This document shows positions 23,134-36,409 of a stretch of DNA of 64,000 nt, in pieces. Made by a program: the position numbers and the translations under genes. Under the pieces are notes generated by a model. The model was not told the origin of the DNA, ran no database searches, and saw only the letters and a list, made by a program, of their open reading frames with translations. Each line of letters begins with the position of its first letter. The first letter of the stretch is position 1. Origin of the DNA: Azolla caroliniana (taxonomy: Eukaryota > Plantae > Polypodiophyta); contig JBHGNT010000010.1 in the NCBI GenBank assembly GCA_043228905.1, positions 10,602,001 through 10,666,000 on the forward strand, given 5' to 3'.

Positions 23134-25297
23134 ATCTCTATTGTTGAGCATATTGTTGAGCAGACAAGCTCAACCAGATCCGGATCGGCTGAATAAGCTA
23201 GAGCCGGATCGGTATCCGGAATGGAGAACCAGAACCAAGAGTCGGATTGGAGAGCCGGATTGGATTGTAACTGGCAGGCTGTTACAAGTCTACAATCTTA
23301 GCCTAGCACGTAGGCAGATTCCGTGGAGTTAGTGTCAGTCACTCGTATGAGCATTGAAGTATGTGTCAGTACTTCTATCAATTCTTTTAAGGACTTGTAT
23401 AAAAGGTGTTTGTAGGATTTTTGTGATAGAGTGCTATTATTTTGAATTTAGTTCATAAGATTCCACTCTCTCTGTCTCTACCTTGTATTGTGTACTCTTA
23501 AGCTTCCATTAAACCTTCATTTCTGTTTTAGTGTTGTAACTTATCCGGCTGAGCCGGTTAATCTAGCTTCCACATATTAACATTTACATGGTATCAGAGC
23601 ACGAGATTTGAGAACCTCTGCTGCCGACAACTGCTCGAAAAAGCTTCCATTAAACCTTCATTTCTGTTTTACTGTAGATAAACCAGTTGAGCCGGTTTAT
23701 TTAGCTTCGCATATTAACTTTTACATGGTATCAGAGTGTGAGGGTTGAGAACCTCTGCTGCTGACAACTACTTGAAACGGACAAACCCTAATCACCGGTA
23801 GAGAACAAAAGAGAGAAGAAAGATATGGACAAAAACATGGCGAGCTCGCTTCCCACAAAAAAGCTCGACCAGAGAAACTATGAGTCATGGTTGTATAAAA
23901 TACACCATTACCTGCTGGGGCACGGATACTAGAGCTACGTGGAAGGAGCGAATGCAGCAGCACTGGATTTGGCACACAAGGATTTCCGAAACCGGAAAGT
24001 CCGAGAAAGGGCCAACCTTTGTGATGAAACACAAGGTGAACTCGATGAAGAAGACCACTTCCGGATGAAAGGAAGTGTGCTACATTGACTCAAGAGAATT
24101 TAACCACATGATGAGCCACGAAGAGTGGTTCTCGTTTCTAGAAAATGCCGAGGAACCAGGAGTTGTCGAAACAGGAAACGACACTCCTCTCCCGATAGTG
24201 CATGTCAGACAAGTTCCCTTGAGTCATGTCGAACAACAAGGGAAGCTTATAAACGTGCTGCACGTTCCAACAATTACAAAGAACCTGGTGTCGATCGGAC
24301 ATATAGTTGAGTCAGATATCGACTTGTGGCATAAGCTGATTGGCGATGTCAACTATCAAAGGCTTCAAGACCTGCAATCCAAACATGTTGTTTTCAGATT
24401 GCCAAAATTTAGTGGCCGAAAGGCCCAAATTTGTGATGCATGCCAGCTCAAGAAGCAACACCGTCTTTCGTTCCCCACCAAAAGAAACGAGATCCATAAC
24501 AAGTTGGATCTAATACATTCGGATGTATGGGGACCGGCACAAAACGCTAGTCTTGGAGGGAGCTGATATTTCGTCTCCTTCATCGATGACTACAACCGGC
24601 ACACATGGATCTACCTCATAGAGAAGAAAAGCGAAGTCTTCGACTATTTCCGGAACCTGCGAAGTCTTGTCGAACAGGAAACGGAGAGGAAGATCAAGTG
24701 CCTGCGCTGGGATGGTGGAAAAGAATACTTTTCCGGCCAATTCAACAATTCTCCGCAACAAAAAGGAATTCAGAGAGAATTCAGTTGCAAATACACACCG
24801 GAACAAAACAGTGTCGTAGTGTAGTTCGTACCCTACATGAAAAACGTATAAAATAACCAATTGAATAAATATGAAGAAAAAAAAGAAAATATTAAAATAT
24901 ATATTACATGAATAAGACAAGATTCGAACATTGTATTTCCATGTTAATAATTTGAAGCTTTACCATTATACTAACACATCATCGTGTTAGAAAAGTAGAT
25001 ATCCCACATAGAAAGGTTACTTTACGCATATCTTCTAGGGAAAAAACTTCAGTTAGAAGAAAAACGTGTGATAGAAAAAAGCTACACATGCACATCTAGC
25101 GTGCATGAACACTACAGTTGATTAAAAACGCACGAGGTTAGAAAAAGCATGATCACTTTTAGAAGAAGCATGTTAGAGAAAGCATATAGTCTATAGATAG
25201 AAAAAGCATGAATTGCTAATCCTCTCCCATCACTATATAAGGATGGGAGTAAGATTTAATTTGTGGTATGAAATATTTGGAAATTGAATATGATTCT

Positions 25298-28200
25298 TGT
25301 AAAAGAATAGCGTGCAGAAGCAATAGAAAATCGAACACAGAAACACAGGTTTAATGGAGAGCTTAGGATATACACAGTACGCGGGAGAGACAGAGAGAGA
25401 GAGAGCACGCAACAGAAAACTCAGATTCAAAGTAATGACTCTCTGTAATACTCTGTACATCGTATATGTTCAGTGAACACTTTTATACAAGTCCATACGG
25501 ACTGACAGAAGTATGGTGTACTTCAATGCTCACACGAGCATCTGACACTAATTACAAGACCTTAACTACCTAGTAGTCTAGCTGCTACTTGGCTTCCGGT
25601 TACTGCTTGATCCGGCTAATTGGCTCCCTAGCTCACCGGCTCACCAATCCGGCTCAGGCTTATTTAGCCGATCCGGATCCGGTTGAGCTTGCCGCTCAAC
25701 ACTCCCCCTCAAGCTCAGCTTGAGGTCGGATCGTAGTGTCAGTCTCCATGACAGCCGATCCTTCCACCCGGCTCCTTCTGGCGCTCCTCGTCCGGTCCGG
25801 TCCCGTTTGCCGCGACCCTTCTGTTTCTGCGCACCTCGACCTCCTCGGTCGGCTTGTCTGCTCAATAGGCCCAAATTAGCTCCCTCGTTGCTGTGACTTT
25901 GGCACTTGTCGATTTGCCGATTTCTTCGTGGTGGCATCGACTTTTGCTACCTTCTCGTCCTTTTGGCCTTGAATTGATCTGGTTCTTTCGAATCCGTCTG
26001 TTGAACCGAATCGACTGTTGCTCCCGATTCATCTTCTAGTTCCAGGCTCTTCACCACATCGGACCATGTCCGGCTCTTGGCCTTCTTCTTCCGGTTGGCT
26101 TTGTCCTTCTTGACTCTGCCGCCGCTGCCGCTTGTTCCGACTTGTTCGGATGTGTCAACTGCCTTTGTCGACTCGGCTCCTTTCTTCTTCTTGTCTCTCC
26201 CTCTATCGGTTCTTCCCTCACCGGCGCAATCGGCAGTTTCTTTGCCTTTGCCCGTTCCGGTGTCTTTGCCTGTTCTCCCCCTCAACTGTGGCACGTCGAG
26301 ATGCTGAACACCAAGCATTTCGGTGAAGTGCTGCAACTTGTCTGATCCGAGCGGTTTGGTGAAGATGTCGGCAACTTGCCGATCCGTATGAACATACCGA
26401 AGTTCAACTTCACCGCTCCGGAAACGCTCACGCACGAAGTGGTAGTGCACTTTTATGTGCTTTGTGCGAGCATGGAATACGGGGTTCTTGGCGAGCTGCA
26501 TGCTGCTTATGTTGTCGCAGTAGATCAGGATCGGGGTCGGCACCTCGATCCGCAGGTCTTGCAGTAGTCACCGAAGCCAAATGGCTTCATAGGGGGCAAC
26601 GGTAGCGCCCTGGTATTCAGCCTCAATGCTCGAACGGGCCATTGTTGGCTGCTTTTTGCTACTCCATGCAAGAGCTGCACGACCAAGTGAAAACATATAG
26701 CCGGAGGTGGATTGGCGATCTGATGCATCGACGGTCCAGTCGGCATCGGTGTAGCTGACTAGCTCTTCGGTTATACCATGCCGGTATAATAGTCTCCGTT
26801 CCTTCGTGCCGCTCACATATCGCAAAATTCGATGCGCGCACAAAAGGTGCTCAATGGTCAGCTTCTGCATATATTGGTTGATCACGCCGACCAAATATTT
26901 AATGTCGGGTCGGGTGATGGTCAAATATATAAGGCTTCCGACAATTTGTCAGAACCGCTTCTCATCGCAGGTCGGTCTGGATTAGGGACGAAGCTTCTAG
27001 TTCCGGTCCAGGGGTGTAGAGATCGGCCGACATTCCGTCATGCCGAACTTGTACAACATATTCAACACATAGTGTCTTTGTGAGAGCAATATGTCGTCGG
27101 GGGTTTGGATCACCTCGATCCCAAGGAAATAGTGAAGGTCCCCCAGGTCCTTCATCTCAAATGCGTTCGACAGCTAGGACTTGACTCTGCTGACTTCATC
27201 GAATGTGGGTCTGGTGATGACTAGATCATCAACATACAACAAAATGCAAACCGGACTATCTGGACCTTGCCGGATGAACAACGAAGAGTCAGACTTGGAG
27301 GCTGCAAACCCCATCTTACGCAACCGGTGCATGATCTTCGCATTCCAAGTTCGGGGGGCTTGCTTCAGGCCATAAAGTGACTTCTTCAGCCGGCATACCG
27401 CCGACTTGTTCATCTCCGTCTAGAAACCGAGAGGTTGGGTAATAAGGACCTCTTCTTCAAGATCGCCTTGAAGAAATGCATTCTTCATGTCCATCTAGTG
27501 AAGATGCCACCCCCTTGCCGCAACAACCGCCAACACCACACAAACCATAGTCATCTTCGCTATCGGAGCGAAGGGTCTCGTCGTAGTCGATTCCGTGGGT
27601 CTACGCGTATATCTTCACCACTAACCGGGCGTTGTACCGGTTAACCGAACCATCGCCATTGTACTTTACCTTGTACACTCACTTACATCCGATCGGTTTA
27701 CAGTGTCAGGGAGGGTCAACTAGGTCCGACGTGTCGTTGGTATCAAGCGCCCACATTTCTTCCTCCATAGCTACACGCCAATTTGCGTCCCTTACCGCTT
27801 TTGCGTAGCTCTCCGACTCACGCACTTCCGCCACCTTGGTCATGTATGCATAGTGATGCGCCATGTACTCATTGTACCCATACCGCATCACGGGGTTCTT
27901 CAGGCGGGAAGACCAGCGTAACTTGGTATTACCTGGTGTCGTGAAGAATTTCGGACAGAGGCGAAAACCGGGAAACATTGGCTACATCGGCGGGGTGCAG
28001 CGTGTGCATGCACCCATGTACATTTAGTGTGAATATCGAGGGCGCCTTTATGGCGCCGAAGAGTAGTCAAGTCAGGACAGACGATCCCATGAAAGTCGGG
28101 ATTTGTCCCACATTGTAATGCATCCCTCTCCTTGTTCTATAAAAGGAAGGGATCACCCTTTGTGGAGGGGTTGCCCATTTTGCATTAGAGGGTATACCGT

Positions 28201-31200
28201 TAGGTTTAGAGTTAGTTTCTTCTTCTTCTTCTCCCCCCTTCGTGTTCGCTTAGGGTTTGCTTGGGTTCGGCCTCCTGTGCAAGACCCCGCTCGGCGCGAC
28301 GAGCTGAGAGCTCCCCGACGACGGCTTGGCTGTAGACGCCTACTGTAACCTACCTCAGTCCGGCTCGAAGCCGGGAATGTATTCTTCTTCTATATATATA
28401 TATATATACGTTTGCGTCTGTCTGTGTATATTGGCGTCTTTGTTGGTGTCAGGTGTTTCCCCTTTCCTGCGTTTCCTATACATGAGGGTGTGAGCTGTGT
28501 GTGTGTGCGTGTGTGTGCGTGCGTGCGCGTGAGTCGGTGTCAAGCGCATGCTCCCTCTCTCTCTCTCTCTCTCCCTTCGGTCGCTTCCGGTGTTCTTCTA
28601 GGATCCCCCCAGAAACGGTGAAGCACGACTTCCTACGCTCCGTCACTCCCTGGTCCAAGACCCCCGTGGTCCCGCCTTTCTCCACGCACGCGCGTAACTA
28701 CGCGACACCGATTTGGGGCCCTTCTTGGCCTTTGTGGTCTTTGTTGCCGAAGATCCACCTTCATCCTTTCCGGAGTCAGATTCGCCCCAATCCGACTCAA
28801 CGTTGCCAGTTTGGTATTCCGGCATCCCTTCTCTTTGCGTGTGAACCGTCTCCTCGGTTCCTTGCGCGGGGAGAGCACGACAAAGTCTCCATTACTCGCC
28901 GGTTCCTCCTTCGACAGGTCATCCCGACTCAACCGCTCATTCAGTTCACTAAACCGAAATGAAATCAAACTCTCTTCTAGAGTGCCAAGGTCTTCATCTT
29001 CAATCTGGACCAGTTTAGGCTCACTAATCTCATCCTCTGGTATCGGGTCGGGGTCGGAAGTCGGAGCCAGTAAGGCATACCATGATGCCGTCTCATCAAA
29101 CTCAACATCCCGGCTAACTGGGGCCTGCTTCGTCCAGGGGTTATAACACTTATACCCCTTTTGCTCATGCAAGTAACCGACTAGGGTGCATTTCTCTGAC
29201 TTTGCATCCAACTTCCTCCGCTTCTCATCAGGCACATGCATATATGCAATGCTACCTAATAGCCGAAGGTGTCTCAAATTCGGCTTGCGTCCGAAATATA
29301 GCTCATGTGCGGACACCTTGTCACTGATCCAGTTTTGGATATAGACGGTCGCCCGGACCGCCTCCGCCCAGTAGAAATGGGGCATGCTCTTCTCCTCCAG
29401 CATTGCCCTTGCTGTGTCGACAATCGACCAATTCTTCCGTTTGGCCGCACCGTTTTGCTCCGGTGTGTATCTGCAGCTGAACTCTCTCCAAATTCCTTTT
29501 TGGCTGGAAAAATATTCTTTTCCGACATCCGACCGCAGGCACTTGATCTTCCTCTCTATTTCCCGTTCAACCAAGCTTTGCAGGTTCCGGAAACACTCGA
29601 AGACTTCGCTTTTCCGCTCAATGAGGTAGAGCCATGTGTGTCGGTTGTAGTCGTCGATGAAGGAGACGAAATACCAACTACCGCCAAGACTAACGTTCTG
29701 TGCCGGTCCCCATACATCCGAATGAATAAGGTCGAGCTTGTTATGGCTATGGTTTCGTTTGGTGGGGAATGGAAGCCGGTGTTGCTTCCCAAGTTGGCAA
29801 GCTTCACATATTTGGGCCATTGACCTTCGGCAAACCGAAAACAACTTGTTTCGTCTGCAAGTCTTAAAGCCTCCGGTAATTGACGTGACCGATCCGCTTG
29901 TGCCAAAGATCAATATTCGATTCAATCTTCTGTCCTTTGGTGAACAAAGCGGTGTTGAGGATGAACATCCTCCCATCTCTGTGCCCATGCGCAATGATTT
30001 GGCCCTCTTCCTCGATGAAGCACCCAAGGTGCGTAAACCACACCTGCATCCCCTAGTCGACGATCTGACCGACTGACACCAGGTTCTTCGTGATAGTTGG
30101 AACGTGTAATACGTTCATCAGCTTCCCCTTCTGTCCGACGTGGCTCAAAGGAACTTCTCCGATATGCACGATTGGGTGAGGAGTGTCGTCTCTGGTTTCG
30201 ACGACTCCCGGTTGTTCCGGTTTCTCCAAGAAGGAGAACCACTCTTTGTGGCTCGTCATGTGATTCGACGCATCGGAATCAATGTACCACACTTCCTCCG
30301 ATTTGGAAGTGGTCTTCTTCATCGAGTTAGCCTCTTGTTTCATCACCAAGGCTGGCCCTTTACTGGCTTTTCCGGTTTTGGATGCTCATGATCACTCTGC
30401 GAAGTGCGGGTATTGCCAGTTCTCTCTTGCGGCCTTGCTGGATCCGGGTCTATCCGAATCGGCACGCTTCATCCAGCACTCACTTTCTCTGTGGCCCTTT
30501 CTACCACAGTACCAACATTCTGTGTCGGCCTTTGCTTGTCGTCCTCCGGCGCCGCCTGGACTCCCCCTGCTTGTGGACGGTCCGGAACTGTTGTCGACAC
30601 GTTCTTTGTGCCTTCAGTCCAACTCTTGCCGGCCGCTACCATTGCGAGCCTACCACCACACCCACAGGGCCGATCCGCCTCCATGTACAACATCCGGATG
30701 TTGGTGGGTACACTTGTTGACACACCGGTGTGGTTCTCCTCTACAAGGAGCATCAACTGTAAGTCGAAAAATGATGGCGTATTTTCCCTTGTACACATAG
30801 CAATTCGGAACGCTCCGAACTTTGACGCCAAACCTCCGAGACAGATTTGCACCATATCGGCTTCTTCGATATTCACATCGATGGAGGCCAGAGAGTCGCA
30901 AATGTCCTTGATCTGCCACCGACAAGTCGCGTTTTTATAGGTTGCTCAGCTTTTATCGGAGTTGAAGCTTCCTTGTTGTAGTGCTTGCAGTGAAAGTATT
31001 CTTCAGATTTCCCCAAGCATCTTTCGGCATTTTTGCATCCTGAATGTAGCTTAGGAGCTATTCGCCCACACAAGACGCGAAGTAGTACAGTACTCTGCTC
31101 GTCAACTATTCCCACGCCGGGAAATCTCTGTGTGTCGATTCGGGTGCTGTGACATTTGCTCCGTTGACATAGCTCCAGTAATCGTGCCTGAGCAGGTACT

Positions 31201-31792
31201 GGTGCATCTTGTAGGACCAAGACGCGTAGTTGTTTCTGTGGAGCTTCTCCGTCGGAAGCGAGTTGGCCATGCCTCTATCTATCGGTTTTACCTGTTCTTC
31301 TAGGTTGGTTTTCCTTTCAAGCTATGTCGGCTGCAGAGGTTCTCAACCCTCACGCTTTGATACCATGTAAAAGATTAGTGTGCGGAAGCAATAGAAAACC
31401 AAACACAGAAACGCAGGTTTAATGGAGAGCTTAGGATATGCACAGTACGCGGGAGAGACAAAGAGAGAGAGCACGCAACAGAAAACTAAAATTCAAAATA
31501 ATGACTCTCTGTAATACTCTGTACATCGTATGTGTTCAGTGAACACTTTTATACAAGTCCATACGGACTAACAGAAGTACGATGTACTTCAATGCTCACA
31601 CGAGCATCTAACACTAACTACAAGACCTTAATTACCTAGTAATGTAACTGCTACTTTGCTTCCGGTTACTGCTTGATCCGGCTAACCGGCTCCCCAGCTC
31701 ACCGGCTCGCTGATCCGGCTCTTCCTTCCTGATGCCGATCCGGCTCAGGCTTATTCAGCTAATCCAGATCTGGTTGAGTTTGCCGCTCAATA
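25298..31792 (-). mobile_element. Full-length, degenerate Ty1/Copia C (LTR related to Copia B)
   Basis: LTRs 25298-25701 and 31366-31792; TSD ATTCT; PBS TGGTATCAAAGCG; PPT at 25702-25713; broken gag/PR/IN/RT/RH ORFs (WYIDSDAS, LYVDDL, HARTKHI). Confidence 0.93.
27937..28707 (+). mobile_element. Solo LTR B (771 bp), related to the LTR of the Gypsy at 58246
   Basis: Begins TGTCGTGAAGAA like 58246 and ends CGACA. Shares AGACCCCCG(T/C)GGTCCCGCCT near the 3' end. Flanks CTGG/CCGA fit a decayed CCGG TSD. Confidence 0.85.
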
Positions 31793-34700
31793 ATTCTAAA
31801 TACTGATTAATAAACTATACTCGTGGGATTCACGAGGTTTCTATAACCTTCTCTTTCAATCTAAATTCATATTCTTGTCTAAATATTGATTAATAAAATA
31901 CATTATACTTGTAAGATTCACAAGTTTTCTATCTCTCTTTCTTGCAATCTATTCATAACTAGACTCATCTCAAATTCTTTCTCTGACTCACGCAACGATT
32001 AGGCATCGAAAGGCACGACAATGGTGTGGTTGAAAGGAAGAATCGGTCTATTGTCGAGGCAGCACGAGCAATGCTGGAAGAGAAAAGCATGCCCAAGTTC
32101 TACAGGGCGGAAGCAGTCCGTACGACCGTCTATATTCAAAACCATATCGGGGATAAGGTGTCGGCACATGAGCTATATTTCGGACGGAAGCTGAATTTAA
32201 GGCACCTTAGGATATTCTGTAGCATTGCCTATGTGCATGTGCCGGATGAGAAGAGGAGGAAGTTCAACCCGAAGTCATAGAAGTGTATCCTTGTCGGCCA
32301 CTCACATGAGCAAAAGGGTTGTAAGCGCTATAACCCCCAAACAAAACAAGCTCGAGTGAGCCGAGATGTCGACTTTGATGAGACTGCATCATGGTACTCT
32401 CTACCGACTCCGACCCGATTCCGGATGTAAAGAATCGGGTATGATTCTTGTGTAGTGGAATAGGTGTGAACTATATGTGTGTATGAGAGAGAGAGAGTGA
32501 GTGAGAGAGACAAGGAGTAAGACACAGAGTATACGCAAGGTAGATTATATTAACAAAGGAGAAAGACTCAACTTAATACAAGGTGGGAGAAGGGTGCTTT
32601 ATATAGTCACCCTCTCTCTTCATTAACTATAAGACTCATGGAGCATGGGGAATGTGAAAGCTCATAAGTTATGTGTCATAGAATATGATTCTATGATTCA
32701 TACTAAATGCTAGAATACAAAGAGGTGACATAATGGTGACTCTTGACTGTTGGAGTGTCTATTCACTCTCAAGGTGAGTTCACACACTAGACCAAGTTGA
32801 GCTTGATTCTCAACACGCACCCTCAAGCTCAAGTCGGGTCGGTTTCAGATGGTATCCGAAATCCGCTCTTCGCAGCTTCGTTGCGCGGTTGCATAATCAC
32901 ACGTTATTACATAGTGTCTTTAGTACTCCCCCTCAAGCTTGGCAGGTCAGGGATCGTCAATCCGAGATCGGTCATGAATTGCCACAACTTATCGGCTCCT
33001 AAGGCTTTAGTGAAGATATCGGCCGTTTGAAGATTGGTGCTAATGTGTTGTAGGTCGACATCGCCAGCTAGAATGCGCTATTGGATGAAGTGATAGTGCA
33101 CTTCGATGTGCTTTGTTTGTGCGTGGAACACCAGGTTCTGAGCTAGATAGATACTGCTCATGTTGTCGCAGTAAAGGGAAGTCGGATCCTTGATGGGTAC
33201 GCGCAGATCCTTGAGTATCCTTTTGATCCATACGGCTTCACATGCGGCCACTGTCGTGCCCCTGTATTCCGCCTCTGTGCTCGAAAGAGTGACAGTTGGT
33301 TGCTTTTTGCTACTCCAGGACATTGCTCCGCTACCGAGGGAGAAAACAAATCTGGAGTTTGATCTTCTATCGGCTTTATAGCCGGCCCAAACGGCGTCTA
33401 TGTACCCTTTGAGTCATATTGGCATCGCGGTCTTGTAGAGGATGCTGCAATCCATTGTGTCGCTCACGTAGCGTAGAACTCGCTTAGCGCAATCCAAGTG
33501 AGTATCACACGATGTTTGCATGAATTGGCTAAGGAGACCAACCGGATAACTAAGATCGGGTCGTGTGATCGTGAGGTAGATGAGACTCCCGATGACTTTC
33601 CGATACTAAGTCGGCTCACACGCTTTGGTGCCGGAGTGCGTATCTAGTTTGAGTTTGCGATCGAGCGGGGTTGCCACGGATTTGCACTCAGCCATTCCAA
33701 ACTTGTATAAAAAGTTGAGGATGTAGTGCCGTTGAGAGATCATGATTCCGGCCAAAGTCCGAATTACCTCGATGCCGAGGGAGTAGTGGAGCTCCTTCAT
33801 GTCCGTCATCTCGAACTTGTCAGAAAGGAGGGATTTGACCTTATTGATTTCAACGAGATGCTCACCTCCAATGACTAGGTCAACCACGTATAAGATGATG
33901 ACGATCGGACTTGTGGAATTGTCCAATTTTGACATACGGAAGCCGATTTGATGAAGATATTGTGTTATCTTCGAATGCCAAGCACGCAGTGCTTGCTTGA
34001 GGCCGTAGAGTAGCTTCTTGAGTCGGCATACAACTTTCGGATGGGTGCTCGAGTTGAAGCCGGGTGGTTGTATCATGTACACCTCCTCTTCTAATTTGCC
34101 TTGTAGAAAGGTGTTCTTGACGTCCATTTGATGGAGGTGCCACCCTTTCGCCGCGGCAAGCACAATTACGGTCCGTACCGTCATCATCTTTGCCACCGGG
34201 GCAAAGGTCTCCTCGTAGTCAACTCCGTGTGTTTGGGCGTAGCCTTTCGCTACGAGTCGCGCTTTGTAGTGGTTGATGGAACCGTCGGCGTTGTACTTCA
34301 CTTTGTAAATCCATCTGCATCTGATCGTTCTTGACGTCCCTTTGATGGAGGTGCCACCCTTTCGCCGCGGCAAGCGCAATTACGGTCCGTATCGTCGTCG
34401 TCTTTGCCACCTGGGCAAAGGTCTCCTCGTAGTCAACTCCGTGTGTTTGGGCGTAGCCTTTCGCTACGAGTCGCGCTTTGTAGCGGTTGATGGAACCGTC
34501 GACGTTGTACTTCACTTTGTAAATCCATCTGCATCTGATCGCCTTTTTGTGTGGTGAGGTGGGAGCGAGATCCCACGTCTCGTTCTTGCGTAGTGCCTGC
34601 ATTTCCTCATTCATGGATTCGATCCATCGCGGATCGTTGGTTGCTTCGGAAAATGTTTCTGGCTCGCGTACTGTCACCTCCTTCATCATAAAGGCACAGT

Positions 34701-36409
34701 GATATGGCATGTAGTCATTGTAGCAGAATCAGCTAACCGGATTCTTTCCACGGGTGGAGCGACGGAGATTTTCATTTGCAGAGACGAGAGCTTTCTTAGC
34801 TCCAATTGGCACATCGAAGCCGCCGAACTCATTGCCGAGTGAGTGAGTCGATTCATCGTCGTTGAAGTGATCGTCTTCGTATTCCGCCATTTTCGCCTTG
34901 CCTTTGTTCATCTTCGGGCTAGGCCGTGATGTGCTTTGATCACTCAAAGGCTCTTGTGGTCCGCTCAGTCGGGTCGTGATCGGACTTTCTTCGAACATGC
35001 GCGTAAGGCGATCTTCATTCTCTATCTCTTGTTCGGCGGATTCCAGGTCGAGCGGAGTCGGAGTCGAAGTTGTCTCTAGTGCGTACCAAGATGCGGACTC
35101 GTAAAAAACGACGTCTCGACTTACGCGAGATTTTCGAGTTGAGGGGTTGTAGCACTTGTACCCCTTTTGCTCCAGTGAGTATCCTACGAGGATACATTTC
35201 TCCGACTTCGGGTTGAGCTTTTGACGCTTCTCATCGGGGATGTGCACGTACATTATCGCGCTGAATATCCGGGTGTGCAATAAGTCTGGCTTCTTTCCGA
35301 AGTATTTTTAGTGCGGAGTGACTTCGTGCACTCTGGATGTTGTGCACCGGTTCATTAGGTAGACGGCCGTATTTGCAACTTCGGCCCAATATGACTTGGA
35401 CATATGCTTCTCATTCATCATGGCCCGCGCCACTTCAAGGATGTGCCGATTTTTGCGCTCAGCTACTCCATTTTGTTGTAGAGTGTGTCGGCAAGTGAAT
35501 TCTCGCCGAATTCCTTCCTTTCGGAGATACGCCGTGAAATTGTCCGAGAAGTACTCCTTGCCGCCATCCGATTGAAGGCATCGTACATGTCGGCCCGTGG
35601 CTTTCTCGACTTCATTCTTGAATTTTTGGAAGTGTCCGAACACTTCGCTCTTTTGCCGCATCGGGTAGATCCAAGTGTGCCTAGAGAAGTCGTCGATGAA
35701 GAGCACGTAATATCGGCATCCGCCGAATGTAGCCGGTCCCCATACGTCAGAATGGACTACGTCGAGTAGACCTTTGCTCACGTTCCGCTCTTTTGGGAAT
35801 GGGTGTCGGTGTTGCTTGCTGAATTGGCACGCTTCGCATACACCTTCAATCTCCTTCTCTTTGAATGTCGGCAGTCCAATGACGACTCCTTTCGATTTCA
35901 TTGCTTTGAATTTGTTGAGATTGATGTGGCCGATTCGCTTGTGCCATAGCTCTATGTTGGAGTCGGCTTTCATGCCCTTTGCGAACATGGCCAATTTCAT
36001 CTCGTGTGAGTTGAGAATGAACATTCGACCCTCTCTTTGTCCGCGTGCGATGAGTCGGCCCTCTTTTTCGATGAAGCAACCGCCTTAATTAAATCGAACT
36101 TGCATCCCTTGCTCTACAATTTGGCCGACGGAGACCAAATTCTTTGTAATGGTCGGTACATGCAAGAAATTTTTAATGTAATTTTTCTTACCTTCTTTTC
36201 TAAACGGAACATTGCCGATATACTGAATCGGGTGCGTAGTGTCGTCTCCGGTTTTGACATAGCCGGGTCGGTTCGGCTCTCAAAGTTCCCGGAACCATTC
36301 TTGATGCGATGTTATATGGTTTGAGGCACCGGAATTGACGAACCATACGTCTTCCAGACCGGAGGCACTAGTTGAGGTAGAGGCCGACATAGAGTTTGCT
36401 CTATGTTTC

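Larger units (their letters stand above)
24812..32020. mobile_element. Solo LTR A (about 710 bp; 24812-25297 plus 31798-32020), split by Copia C
   Basis: Termini TGTCGT...ACGACA; flanks ACAG/ATGG fit a decayed ACGG TSD; TATATAA at about 25234; the Copia B integrase frame is restored on removal. Confidence 0.8.
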
